The translations under genes and the position numbers were made by a program. The notes below the pieces were generated by a model. It was given only the letters and a program-made list of their open reading frames with translations, had not been told where the DNA came from and made no database searches. A stretch of 62,312 bases of DNA, the filler included, from Chrysochromulina tobinii (lineage: Eukaryota), in NCBI GenBank assembly GCA_001275005.1. It is 5 parts of 5 records of this genome, joined end to end, with 100 filler letters (N's around TTAATTAATTAA, not from the genome) between each part and the next. Parts side by side here need not be neighbours in the genome. Positions count along the whole stretch, not along the records: positions 7,083 to 24,152 come from JWZX01001396.1; 4 more parts are not named here. One strand, given 5' to 3'. Positions 10,486 through 21,349 of the stretch are shown piece by piece; position 1 is the stretch's first letter, and the number at the start of each line of letters is the position of its first letter.

Positions 10486-12383
10486 ATGGCCGGGCACACT
10501 CCGGGCCTCCTTGCCGGCACCCTCCGTGCGAGCCTTCTTGCCGTCACCGCCACCACGAAATGCCTTCTCTAGGCTCCAGCGTGCGCGTCTCGCACACAGA
10601 TGTGCACGTGTCGCACGCAGATGACACCATCCGTGTAGACTTCTACGCCCACAAGGATGCTGCGTCCGATGCGCATGCGCCGCTCATAGCAGTTGCTCCG
10701 CCGGCGTCGAAAGCCATGGCCAATGCTGACCACGCCTTCTTGCAGAGCGTGTGGCAATCTAGCGCCGACCGTCATCCTGGCTGCGGCGAGCTCGCCACAT
10801 TTTGTCTCGATGCCAACGCGGACAACGATCGCTGGGAAACACAAGCGCGCTTTTCCGCACCCCAGCTGACCGGCCTGCGCACGTGGTTGCGCCGACGGCT
10901 CTTTGACGTATGGTTGGCAGTCGACCCAAGGCTGCAGCGGATGCGCGGCTCGATCGAGCTCTTTAATCCTGATCGCGGCGCCAACATGGGGTGGCATCAA
11001 GACGGACACGGGCCGGGCGCCTTTATCGCGCACTACTATCTTGGAGCGGAGCCATCGGCGCCACCAGCAGACCTTGAGCGGTGCCGCGTGGGAATGGACT
11101 GGTTTGAGGTTGCAGTTCCGCCACCGGATGCAGCAGCAGCCGCAGCGGCGGTGGCAGCAGCGGCGGTGGCGGCAGCGGCGGTCGCAGCAGCGGCAGCAGC
11201 AGCGGCAGCAGCGGCAGCAGCGGCGGCAGCAGCGGCGGCAGCGGCAGCAGCGGCAGCAGCGACATCAGCGGCAACGAAGGGCACCGCATACGCCGCGACC
11301 ATCACTGCCGCAGTCATTGCCACTTCGGGCAACGCCACTGGTGCCGTTGTCGCCACCGGTGCTGCCCTTGCCGCCGTCCTCACCGTCACCACTATCGACG
11401 CTGCCCTTGAGCTAGAAGCTACGAAGCGCTCAGCTGCCGCTGGCCTCGACAGCGTCGACGACGACGACGGCGACGACGAAGCAGATGATGACGATGAGCC
11501 GCTGCAGTACGCCATCGACTTCGGCAGCGCGGCGGCGCACGCAGTCGGGAGTGTCAATGCGTCCCATCTGGTATGCGCCCGAGTGCGCCCGAGATTTTGG
11601 GGAGATATTCGCCCGAGTGCGCCCGAGATGTTGGGGAGATATGCACCCGAGTGCGCCCGAGAATTTGGGGAGATATTCGCCCGAGTGCGCCCGAGATTTT
11701 GGGGAGATATGCGGTTGCTCCTGATTGAGAGTCTAGACTGAGAGTGATCGCCACGCCGAGTGCGCGCGAGTATAGGAGCACCACTGCTTGCTCCTCTGAT
11801 TGCTCGGATTGCTCCTCCCCAGGTCCTTTTCACGACATCGGGGCCGACGCAACGGCTCGTCATCTTCGAAGACGCAGCGGTGGTACATCGCACGCCGCTC
11901 ACCGCCCACGCCCTCGCCGAGCTCCAGGCCAAGCGGCAGCGCCCGATTGTGCGAGTCGTCTTCTGCGGATCCAGTGCTGACGGTCAGTCGTTGGGCTTCG
12001 TCCCGCCGAGCGCCGTGTCGGGCACTGAGTCGGGCGCCGCCACCACTGGCCTGCCCGCAGTGGCAGCAGGCACGGCAGCTCTAGGAGACGCTCCCGCTGG
12101 TGCCGCCGGTGCCGCCGGTGCCGCCGCTTTGGAGCCAATCGATGCGCCCGACGTGCTCCCCCTCGGCCTACGCCGCGCCCTTGGAGCGTATGCGCAAAGC
12201 CGCGCTGTAGCACAATCGCATAGCCCGAGTGCGATGGCCGAGGCGGACGCGCCCGGGACGGCGCCCGGAACGGCGCTCGAGCTGGACGAGCTGATGGCAG
12301 ATGTGCTTGAGGAGTATGTGCGCGGCGGCCGCGAGATCGTAGCGTTCCTTCGAGACGGGTCTGATTGGGCTAGTGTCCTTTGA
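10486..12383 (+). CDS. 2OG-Fe(II) dioxygenase-like protein with poly-Ala/acidic insert; exons ~10486-10525, 10573-11570, 11823-12383
   Basis: HxD in MGWHQDG, distal His in VIFEDAAVVHRTP, then RPIVRVVF. GT-AG introns 10526-10572 and 11571-11822 join the frames. Confidence 0.62.
11575..11712. repeat. Intronic tandem repeat, ~34-nt unit (CCCGAGTGCGCCCGAGATTTTGGGGAGATAT...) x4
   Basis: Directly visible inside intron 11571-11822. Confidence 0.9.
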
Positions 12384-12731
12384 CATTGAGCGAGGCGTGT
12401 CGAGGCGTGCGCGCTAACCGTGCACTGGGATGTGGGAATACTCAGGGGGAAAAGGCAGGGGAAAAGGGCGAGAAGCGAGCGAGCCGCGCGATGCGGAGTG
12501 TTGCTTGAGCTATAGAAGAGTCAAAGACCAATCAAAGACCAACGTCTAAGACCTTTTCCCAGGTCGACAGTTCGTTGGTTGCCACACCTGCACACATAGA
12601 CATACGCCCATTTTAGCCTAAACGCCATGCTAAACGCCCATTCATCGCCCAATTCCGTATACACATTCCGTCCTGACGCGGTGTGCCACATCGAATTGTA
12701 TGGTACTCGCGCGTGTACACTCTATCTCTCG

Positions 12732-15341
12732 TCATTGTAGGCTCTTGAATGCGTCCGATGTCGAGCCCGAGAGCTGCTCGCTCCCCATGATCTGGCTCCT
12801 TGCCGCTGCCGCGTCGCGTGCCGCCTGCACACGACGCACGTGCTGCGCCGACGAGCGATCGAAGCGCTGTTTGACGCGTCCCGCAGGCACATATTCTACG
12901 ACAAGCTCCGGCATCGGGATCAGAGAGCTACCGGAACTTGACGCGTCCTTGCCGAGGCCGGAGGTGGCCTGCCGGAGCGCAAACTGCAGGTCCTCGGACT
13001 GCCGCTGCAAGAGCCGCTTGCCAATCTGAAGCCGCCGCTCGTGCTCCTGCCACTCCGTGAGCCCAGGCTGCTGCGCGTCGAGGCTCCTCAGCAGCAGCTG
13101 GGCATCGGACTCCGCGCGTCGCAAGTTCTGCCGGCGAGCGAAGTTCTGTCGGCTCTGCTGTTGCCGAGCCAGCAGATGATTCGATGGGTTGCTCGTGCTG
13201 GTACTTGTTGGGGCCACCGCATTGCCGCTGGGGGCCGCAGCCACGGCGCTCGTGGGTGGCGCAATAACGGCGCCCTGTGCGTTGAGGTAGAGAACAGGTG
13301 CTTTCCGGTTATTTCCGGCGGCGCGGCGCCCGGTGCCACCGCACGCGTCACTTCGTGCCGGACGCAGCAAGCCGGCGGCCGGGGCCATCGCTCCCGCGGG
13401 CTGCTGCTGCGGCTTCGGCTGCTGCTGCTGCTGCTGCCGGAATGAGCAGGCGGGACTCGAGGATCGTGACGGTGGCAAGCTCCTGTCACTCCCCCGTGAC
13501 GGTGGCCTCTGGCTCAGACCCATCGTAGCGGCGCTCTCGTTCTTATCCATCGCCCGAGGCCCAACGGTTGGCTCGATGGTGACTCGATGATACTCGACGG
13601 TACCGCCGCGGCGCATCGTCCTCGTGTGAGTGCTTCCGGGCTCTGATGCTTCTCTAGCGGCCGAAAAGGCTGCAGATGCTGCTGAAGATGCTGTCCTGAA
13701 CGATGCTGCTGCAGCGCCATCGTCGACGTCGTCCAGGTCCGAGCTGGCTCCATTCCAGCGCCCCGGCTGCTGCTCGACCCCATCCAGCGCATTGCGCCCA
13801 TCGCGGTTCTTGCGCTCTTCGCGCCCCTCCCGCAACAGAGCCTCCATAGGGAGCTCCAAAGGTCTGGGGTGAGGTCTGGGGTTGTCGGCTGCGGCCTTGA
13901 TCTCGCGCATCCGTTGAACGAGGCGGCCTCGTAGGTTGCCTCGCAGCGTGGATCGGACTCGATCCCAGCCCTTGAGCTTCCCCTCGTTGCAAACCTCCTT
14001 GAGCACAGGGGCGAGAAGCAGCCTGTCCCACGCGCCCTCCTTCTCGTGGTACCCGCCCAAAAGCTTCCCACCGAGAAGCAGATGCTGCGCGCCACCACGC
14101 ACGCCGCTGCCGGCGCCAGCAGCACCGTAAGCAGCACCGAGGCGTTTGCAGAGGGCATCGGCGGCTCTTGAGCCCGCGAGGGTCGCAAGGAGCTGCGCGG
14201 ACTGCTCCGCGTTCCGCGTGACTGCCTGCGAGACCGTCTCCATGCAGCGACGCAGCTCCGCCTGAGTGGGTTCAAGCATCTCCCTCAGCCCAGGCAGCAG
14301 CAACAGGGTGCGCTCCGTCACATCTCTCGAGGCCTCCTCGGCAGCCAGCTGGGCCGCGCACTCCTCCACACGGCGGCGCAGGTCGAGCACGCGCCGCTGG
14401 GCGCGAGTGCGTGCCGCCTCGATGCGCTGCAGCTCCACCTCCGCCTGTGAGAGCTGCTTCTCCACCGTCTCAAGCGCCAGCTTGCGCCCAAGCACGGTGC
14501 GCGTCGCAGCATACTGCTCCTCAGCCCCTTCGCGTGCCGTCTGCTGGACCGCGGCGATCCACGCCTGCTTCTGCGCCTCGGCCGACTGTGCCTCCATCGC
14601 CTCCATCTCTGCCTTGAGCACCATGAACGACTCGGCCTTGAAGGCAGCGAGCTCGGCCTCGGCCATCTGGCGCTTCTCGGCTTCTGCATTCGTAAGGGCA
14701 AGCGCTTGGGCCAACTCGGCGTCCTTTTGCTTCTTGGTGACGCGGGCCGCGTTGAGCAGCTGTGAACGTGTGCGCTCGAACTCCTGCTCGAGGCGCACGT
14801 ACTTCTCCTTCTGCTGCCGCAGCGCCGCTTCCTCCTCGGTCTCCTCCTGCGTGACGCGCTTCAAGTACTGCTCGGGAACCAACCCGATCAGCTCCGTCTC
14901 CAAGCTGCGCGCCAAGACCCACCCGTCTGGCATGGCATCGCCATCATCCACCAGCTGGACCTTGTCGCCCACGTTCAAAGGCAGCTCATTTGGCGCCCCC
15001 GCTTGAGGCTTAAATCTCTCGATGCACACGCGAATTCCGTCATCCACATCCTCATCTGCAGCTGGAGCTGCCGCACCTGTCGCATCTTGAGCAGCTGCCG
15101 CACCTCCAGCCGCATCCGGTGAGGCGGGCGGCGAGGGCGAGAAGCTGCGATCGCATTCGTCTCCACCACCGGACGTCAGGTATGCCGCCGGCACGAGGCC
15201 CGACCTGTCACCCATGCTGCAGTGCAGCCAGCCAGCCGGCGCAGGGACCCCAGTCAACATGACTTGGTCGTCCGCTTCCACACCCAGCTCGACGCCCCGG
15301 CTCCTTTCGTCGGGGACGAACGTCTCGATGGCTCGCATCAT
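12732..15341 (-). CDS. Protein with two SH3 domains and a long coiled coil
   Basis: ELGVEADDQV...GWLHCSMGDRSGLVPAAYL and ELPLNVGDKV...GWVLARSLETELIGLVPEQYL; E/A/Q-rich heptad region follows. Confidence 0.85.
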   Translation of the reverse strand: MMRAIETFVPDERSRGVELGVEADDQVMLTGVPAPAGWLHCSMGDRSGLVPAAYLTSGGGDECDRSFSPSPPASPDAAGGAAAAQDATGAAAPAADEDVDDGIRVCIERFKPQAGAPNELPLNVGDKVQLVDDGDAMPDGWVLARSLETELIGLVPEQYLKRVTQEETEEEAALRQQKEKYVRLEQEFERTRSQLLNAARVTKKQKDAELAQALALTNAEAEKRQMAEAELAAFKAESFMVLKAEMEAMEAQSAEAQKQAWIAAVQQTAREGAEEQYAATRTVLGRKLALETVEKQLSQAEVELQRIEAARTRAQRRVLDLRRRVEECAAQLAAEEASRDVTERTLLLLPGLREMLEPTQAELRRCMETVSQAVTRNAEQSAQLLATLAGSRAADALCKRLGAAYGAAGAGSGVRGGAQHLLLGGKLLGGYHEKEGAWDRLLLAPVLKEVCNEGKLKGWDRVRSTLRGNLRGRLVQRMREIKAAADNPRPHPRPLELPMEALLREGREERKNRDGRNALDGVEQQPGRWNGASSDLDDVDDGAAAASFRTASSAASAAFSAAREASEPGSTHTRTMRRGGTVEYHRVTIEPTVGPRAMDKNESAATMGLSQRPPSRGSDRSLPPSRSSSPACSFRQQQQQQPKPQQQPAGAMAPAAGLLRPARSDACGGTGRRAAGNNRKAPVLYLNAQGAVIAPPTSAVAAAPSGNAVAPTSTSTSNPSNHLLARQQQSRQNFARRQNLRRAESDAQLLLRSLDAQQPGLTEWQEHERRLQIGKRLLQRQSEDLQFALRQATSGLGKDASSSGSSLIPMPELVVEYVPAGRVKQRFDRSSAQHVRRVQAARDAAAARSQIMGSEQLSGSTSDAFKSLQ

Positions 15342-15608
15342 CAGCGCAGGCTGGTGCTCAAGGCTTTGTGGTCACTCGGGCGTTGGCTCCTCCGTCGCCT
15401 TTCGAAGGGATTGACATTACCATGTCGACGCACCTTCCGGGTGAAAATCAAACCGTCGCTTTTAGTTAGGTCAGCGACTGAGGCTTTCGCTGCGATGCAT
15501 GCCGCGAGTGGGAAACTTCGGTTGTCTGACGACCGTAATCAGTCCACGTATGCGTGGTGTCGCTACACAGCTGCTGCCCCGCCTACCCTATACTGAGAGG
15601 TGCTTCCG

Positions 15609-17039
15609 TTAATATGTCGACGAAAAATTCTTCTCTTCGGCCTCCTCCGCCTCCTTCAGCGCCGCCTCCTCCTCCATGGCCTTTTTCTCCTCATCGGCCG
15701 TTTTTCTTCGTTACTTCCCGGCCTCGAGCTTTGCTGTCTTCTTCGCTTCCTCTGCCTCCGGCTTTGGACGCTGCTTCTCCTCAGCGGCCTTCTTCTTTGC
15801 CTCCTCTGCTTCCGGCTTCGCACGCTGCTTCTCCTCAGCGGCCTTCTTCTTCGCCTCCTCGGCCATCAGCTTCGCACGCTGCTTCTCCTCATCGGCCGCC
15901 TTCTTCGCCTCCTCGGCCATCAGCTTCGCACGCTGCTTCTTCTCGGCTGCCGCCTTCTCGGCAGCCTCCTTCTCCGCTTTCTTCTTCGCCTCCGCAGCCT
16001 CCTTCTCTGCCTTCTTCGCAGCCTCCGCAGCCTCCTTCTCTGCCTTCTTCGCAGCCTCCGCGGCCTCCTTCTCTACTTTCTTCTTGGCCTCATCGGCCTC
16101 TTTCTCCGCCTTCTTTTCGGCCGGGGTCTTCTTGGCTTCTGCCTCCGCGGCCTCCTTGTCTGCCTTCTTCTTGGCCTCTGCGGCCTCCTTCTCGGCCTTC
16201 TTCGCATCCTCCGCAGCCTCCTTCTCTGCCTTCTTCTTCGCCTCCGCAGCCTCCTTCTCGGCCTTCTTCGCAGCCTCCGCAGCCTCCTTCTCGGCCTTCT
16301 TCGCAGCCTCGGCGGCCTCCTTCTCTGCCTTCCTCGCGGCCTTGGGGTCGGTCGCGGCAGCCGTGGGTGGCTGCAGCTGCTTCTCCTCATCGGCCGCCTT
16401 CTTCGCCTCCTCTGCCTCCAGCTTCGCACGCTGCTTCTCCTCATCGGCAGCCTTCTTCGCCTCCTCTGCGAGCCGCTCCGCCTCCGCCTGCTCCGCCGCC
16501 AGCCGCTCCGCCTCCGCCTCCTCCTCGGCTGCGGCTGCCTCTGCCTCCAGCCGCTCCGCCTCCGCCCGCTTACGCGCGAGCCGCTCGGCCTGCCGCTCTG
16601 CCTGCTCAGCCGCCAGTCGCTCGGCCTCCGCCTGCTCAGCCGCCAGCCGCTCGGCTTCAGCCGCCGCGGCTGCGGCTGCCGCCGCCTCGTCAGCTAGGGC
16701 CTTCTCTGCTGCCATCCGCTCAGCATCGGCCATTGCGGCCGAGCGTGCGGTTGCCAAAGCCTGGAGGCGCTCCTTTTCCACCCTCTTAGCCGCCCGCCGC
16801 TCGGCCAGCACCCTTTCTCCCGTTAGTCGCATTTGAATTTGCGCTGCTCTTTCAGGTGTAGAAAAACTCATGGCAGCCAGCTCCAGCTCGGCTATGCTGA
16901 GCTTCAACGGTGGCGATACCTCTCCGTACTCATGCTCGAAGAAGATGGATCGTTTCTTCCCGAGCTTGCCGGGCGTGCAGAAGTCCAGTTTATCCTGGTT
17001 ATCTGAGCAAAACGCGGAGAACGTGGGGAGAAGCTCCAT
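15609..17039 (-). CDS. Ala/Glu/Lys-rich helical repeat protein (KKAEKEAAEA repeats)
   Basis: ORF 15711-17195, probable start MELLPTF at 17039. Repeat-like coding continues in frame past TAA 15711 to TAA 15609. Confidence 0.7.
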
Positions 17040-17408
17040 CTCCTCGGCGGCGCCGCCAGCACAGGGGTACGGAGCTTTGCGTCTCGCCGGCGGCGAGCCG
17101 CGAACTTTGGATGTTTGGAAACCGAAACCTGCCGAAACCGGGATGAAAATTGACGGATTCGATCCATTTCCACAGTTGTGGACATTCTTTCCCAAGAGTG
17201 AGCTTCGAACCCCTGCCTATCTCATGGGGCGCGGACCACACCCTCGTAACACCCTCGGCCACGGCGTGGTGCACCTGATGTTGGTACACGACCTAATCAT
17301 TGCACCTAATGTTGCGTACATTCATGCCCTTCGAGGCTGATCATGTGGTTACATCGCACATGGCTGCCTCTGAGTCACACGAGGGTTGTCGTCTGCTATC
17401 GCCGCTGT

Positions 17409-20400
17409 TCAGACGCGGGCTGCTAGCCCGCCGCGCTTACTCTCAAGCAGATACTCATTCAGATTGCCTTCGTTCTCTCCCCTCTGCAGCTTTCCGAACG
17501 TCCGGATGGCCATGAGCACGCGCACGCTAAAATACGCCGCGCTCCCGAAGGCGATGCGGCGTGCGAGCACTTGCAGGCCGGCAAGGGCGGGGCTCGCCCC
17601 TGCGCTCGCCGCCGCCGAACAAAGGATCGTCGCCACGTTGAGCGAGCAGCAGGTGAGGATGGCAAAGAGCGAAGCACGCTGCATCACGCTGTTGCGCACC
17701 ATAGCGCGCTCGAGCTCCAGAGCGCGCACACGCAGCTGCAGCTCGCCGCTCTCGAGTTTCGTCAACGTCTCGTACACCTGCGTCACGCGCCGCGGCGCCT
17801 GCACCACGGACGCCAAGTCTGCTCTGCGCCAGCCCAGACGGTACTGAGCCTTCTTGATCGCGGTGATCGCGGCGCTGCCGTCGCGCAGGTCGATGAGCTC
17901 CGTCAAGTACCTGTGAGGAGGGAGGCACTCAGAGGCGATACGAGGCAATCAGGAGCCATCAGAGGCGATACGAGGCAATCAGGAGCCATCAGAGGCGACA
18001 CGAGGCAATCAGGAGCCATCAGAGGCGATACGAGGCAATCAGGAGCCATCAGAGGCGATACGAGGCAATCAGGAGCCATCAGAGGCGATACGAGGCAATC
18101 AGGAGCCATCAGAGGCAGGTCGATGAGCTCCGTCCTTTACCGTTTGGCGATGCGGGTCACGTCGTAGTTTGGGTCGAGAGCTTTACCGACGCCTTCGAGC
18201 GCATTGAAGGCCCTGAGAACGTACGGGAGCGCGCGCGGGTATCGAAAGGGCCTGTCGCTCGCGACGGCGGCGAGCTCGTTGCCAATCTGTCGCATGGTCG
18301 ACATGCGCATCTGCTCCCGCTCCTCGGAGGTCATGGCCGAGGCACGGTCGAGGGCAAGCCGCTCGCGGAACGATCCGAGGAAGAATCGGGTGATCGACTC
18401 GACGGAGACGCGATCCACGCGCCCGCCGAGGAGCTCACCCGCAATGAGAGCGTCCACAATCTCTTTGGCGTTGCCCTCGTAGCTGCAGAGGGAGGCCGGA
18501 CCAAGGGTCAGCGAAGGCCATCAGAGGACAGGCGTGGCCGGAGGGAGGCTGGGCCAAGGGTCAGCGAAGGCCATCAGAAGGGTTAGCGAAGGCCATCAGA
18601 CGACAGGCGTGGCAATCTGCGACGTACAGAGCGAAGAAGCCATCGACCAGCGCCTTTCGAAAGCTCGGGCTGAGCTCATCGACCATGCCGAAGTCGTAGA
18701 AGACGAGCCTCGCACTGCCGCTTGGTCCCTTGGTGTCGACTGCAATGTTCCCGGGGTGGGGGTCGCAGTGGAAGAAGCCATGGCGTAGCAGTTGGATCAT
18801 GAATGCCTCTCCGGAGAGCCGAGCTAGCACGGTCGGGTCGAGGCCGAGAGAGCGGATGGTGCGCACGTCGCTGATCTTGGTCCCTGGCACATACTCCATC
18901 GTGAGCACGCGTGCCGAGCTGAGCGACGGCACTGGCTCGGGCACTTTGACCCACTCGACGCCCTGGAAGTTGCGCGCAAAGCGCTCGCCGTTGGCTGCCT
19001 CCTTCCTGTAATCAATCTCCTCGTACCTGTGGGGTGAGCGCGCTGTGGTGAGCACGTGCATGCAAGGCAGGTCATCAGGTGCCTCCTTCGTGTAATCAAT
19101 CTCCACGTACAGGATCTTGGCATTCGACTCGAAGATCTCGCGCCAATCTCGGAGCATTGAGTCCGGCGAGCCGTCGAGCCGTCGGAGCATCTCAGCGAGG
19201 ACTTTGAGGTTCTGCGGGCCGGCGTCGATGAGCACTCTTGTCAGAGGCCATCATAGGAAGAGGCGATCAGAGGCGATCAGAGGCGATCAGAGGCGATCAG
19301 AGGCGATCAGTGAGGCGATCAGAGGCGATCAGAGAGGCGATTAGAGAGGCAATCAGGGGCGATCAGGGGCGATCAGAGGGCAATCATACCTGCAGGTCGG
19401 CATCGAAGAGCGCCCTCAGCCCGGGTCGCTGCACCTTCACAGCCACGCGCGTGCCGTCCGCTGTCGTTGCCAGGTGCACCTGCCCGATGATCGACGGTCA
19501 TCGACGGTCATCGACGGTCATCAGAGGTCATCAGAGGTCATCAGAGGCCATCAGAGGCCATCAGAGGCCATCAGAGGCCATCAGCCGTCAAAGGCAATCA
19601 GAGGCTATCAGAGGCACTCAAGAGGTACTCAAGAGGTACTCAGAGGCCATCACCTGGCCGAGACTCGCCGCAGCGATCGGCTTCATGTCGAAGCTCGCAA
19701 ACTTGTCGGCGCCCACCTCGTCCACCACCGTCTGGTACGCCAGTTGACCGTCGAAGGGAGGCACAGCGTCCTGCAGCCGCTCGAGGGCCTTGACGTAGTC
19801 ATAAGGGAGGATGTCGTACCTGGTAGGCGCACGCGCTGTGGTGAGCACTTGCATGCAAGGAAGGTCATCGGTGGCAATCAGCGTAGTCGTAAGGCAGGAT
19901 ATCGTACCGCGTCGACAGGATCTGGCCCAGCTTGATGAAGGTCGGCCCGAGCCTCAGCAACCCTTCGCAGAGCTCCTCACCGACCGCCTCTTTGCGCTCC
20001 TTTTCGCCGGAGCGGTTGGCAAGAGCGATCTTGAACGCAATGTCGGCCACGAAGGTCCAGATCTCGATGGTGCGGCTCGCGAGCAGCATGCCCGGCAGGC
20101 TCCCCAGGATGCCGCGTACGAGGCTGCTCAGCCGCAGCAGCGGGTCGCTCTCGCGCTGACTCGCCGCCGCCGGCGACACCAGCGCGTTGCTAGTCTGGTT
20201 CACAATGTCGAGCACCTTCGAGCCGAGCTCCTTAGAGGCCGCCGTGGCCGAGTTGAGCGTCTCCTCAGCGAGCGCCTCCGCCCGCGCCAGTTCGGACGTG
20301 ACCAGTGCCGATGCGCTGTTAAACGCCTCCTCCACGGTCGTCTGCGTACGCGTGATCGCATCCTCGGCGGCACATTCGACGATGCTTGCACACTGCGCGT

Positions 20401-20545
20401 CAGTGTTACGCAGCGGCCGCCAGCGCTGCCACCACGACACGGGATCCTGTACCACCGATAGCGGTGGTCGCACACGAAGTGGTGATGCTGCACGAAGCGC
20501 TCGCGGCGCCGCGGAGGAGCATCCGAGCAGCAGCACCACCAGCAT
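17409..20545 (-). CDS. ABC1/UbiB atypical kinase (ABC1K7/8-like, probably plastid-targeted); exons 20545-19908, 19819-19654, 19479-19390, 19211-19111, 19026-18628, 18482-18141, 17910-17409
   Basis: [86 protein letters not shown]. Six GT-AG introns restore one frame. Hydrophobic N-terminus followed by an R/A/S-rich transit-like segment. Confidence 0.93.
17930..18118. repeat. 30-bp minisatellite x6 in ABC1K intron 6
   Basis: AGAGGCGATACGAGGCAATCAGGAGCCATC repeated. Confidence 0.95.
19240..19385. repeat. 10-nt GAGGCGATCA-type tandem repeats in ABC1K intron 3 (related units in introns 2 and 5)
   Basis: Directly visible; same unit family at 19490-19650 and 18500-18600. Confidence 0.9.
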
Positions 20546-21349
20546 TTCGATCTTGTAGCTCGCAATGAAAGCAATCACAAGAAGGAGTTTCGTTGCAGGG
20601 TTTCGTCTCCTCTCTCGATTGGTTCCCGTAGATTGATCACGCGGGTCGCACGCGCGTTAAGTCACGGCAAGCGCCGTCCCGGTCGAAGCGCGCGCGCAGA
20701 GTCAAGCGAAGAGTGTGTGTCCGGTGTGACAACGAAGAACCCCTTCCAGTCCTCTTCAGCCCGCTCGCGTGGGGGCAGGGGCCAGGTCTACTAACTGGAC
20801 CCTCATAAGCTCGGCTCCATGGTGCAAGGTCCCGGGACGGCCAAGGGCTTCAGTTCCCAGACTCCGTCTTATTGTCTGACACAATTGTTCTGACAATGCA
20901 CCCCTGTGCTGCCTGCGGAGGCCTGCACTCCCCCCACTCGTCGATAGAGAGTAATCAGTAAAGACTCAGACAGAGGGCTTGATCAGAGGCGCACTGTTTA
21001 AGCGCTCTGTAGGCGCTCTGGCTCGTGCGCGATGGTGCGCTGCGCACGCGCGCGCATCTCCCCTGTGTCGTCGCCATCCGCGATGCAGCCAGGAGCCAGC
21101 GCCGTAACGAGCGCCGGCAAGCGCCGGCCGGACGACGGTCTTTTCTCCGTCGTGCGGCTGTGAAAGCGGTTGACCACACCCCCAGTTATCATGGACGCAC
21201 TGTTTTCATCGGGTTGAAGAAGTTCTTCCCATGCCCTGTCCACGCCACCGAGGGGCACGAGTGTATAAATTAACGAGTCTCTCGAGAATGCATGATGTCG
21301 TGGGGCCACTTCGCATCCACAGCAACCAATGAGCATCCCACAGCACCCT

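Noticed and set aside
7027..10556. Long antisense or alternate-frame ORFs (e.g. 7027-9234, 8562-10556; also 15554-16836, 49877-51199)
   Set aside because: Shadows of GC-rich, repetitive real genes; no motifs.
17930..18118. 30-bp periodic repeat resembling a CRISPR array
   Set aside because: No unique spacers, intronic, eukaryotic, no cas genes.
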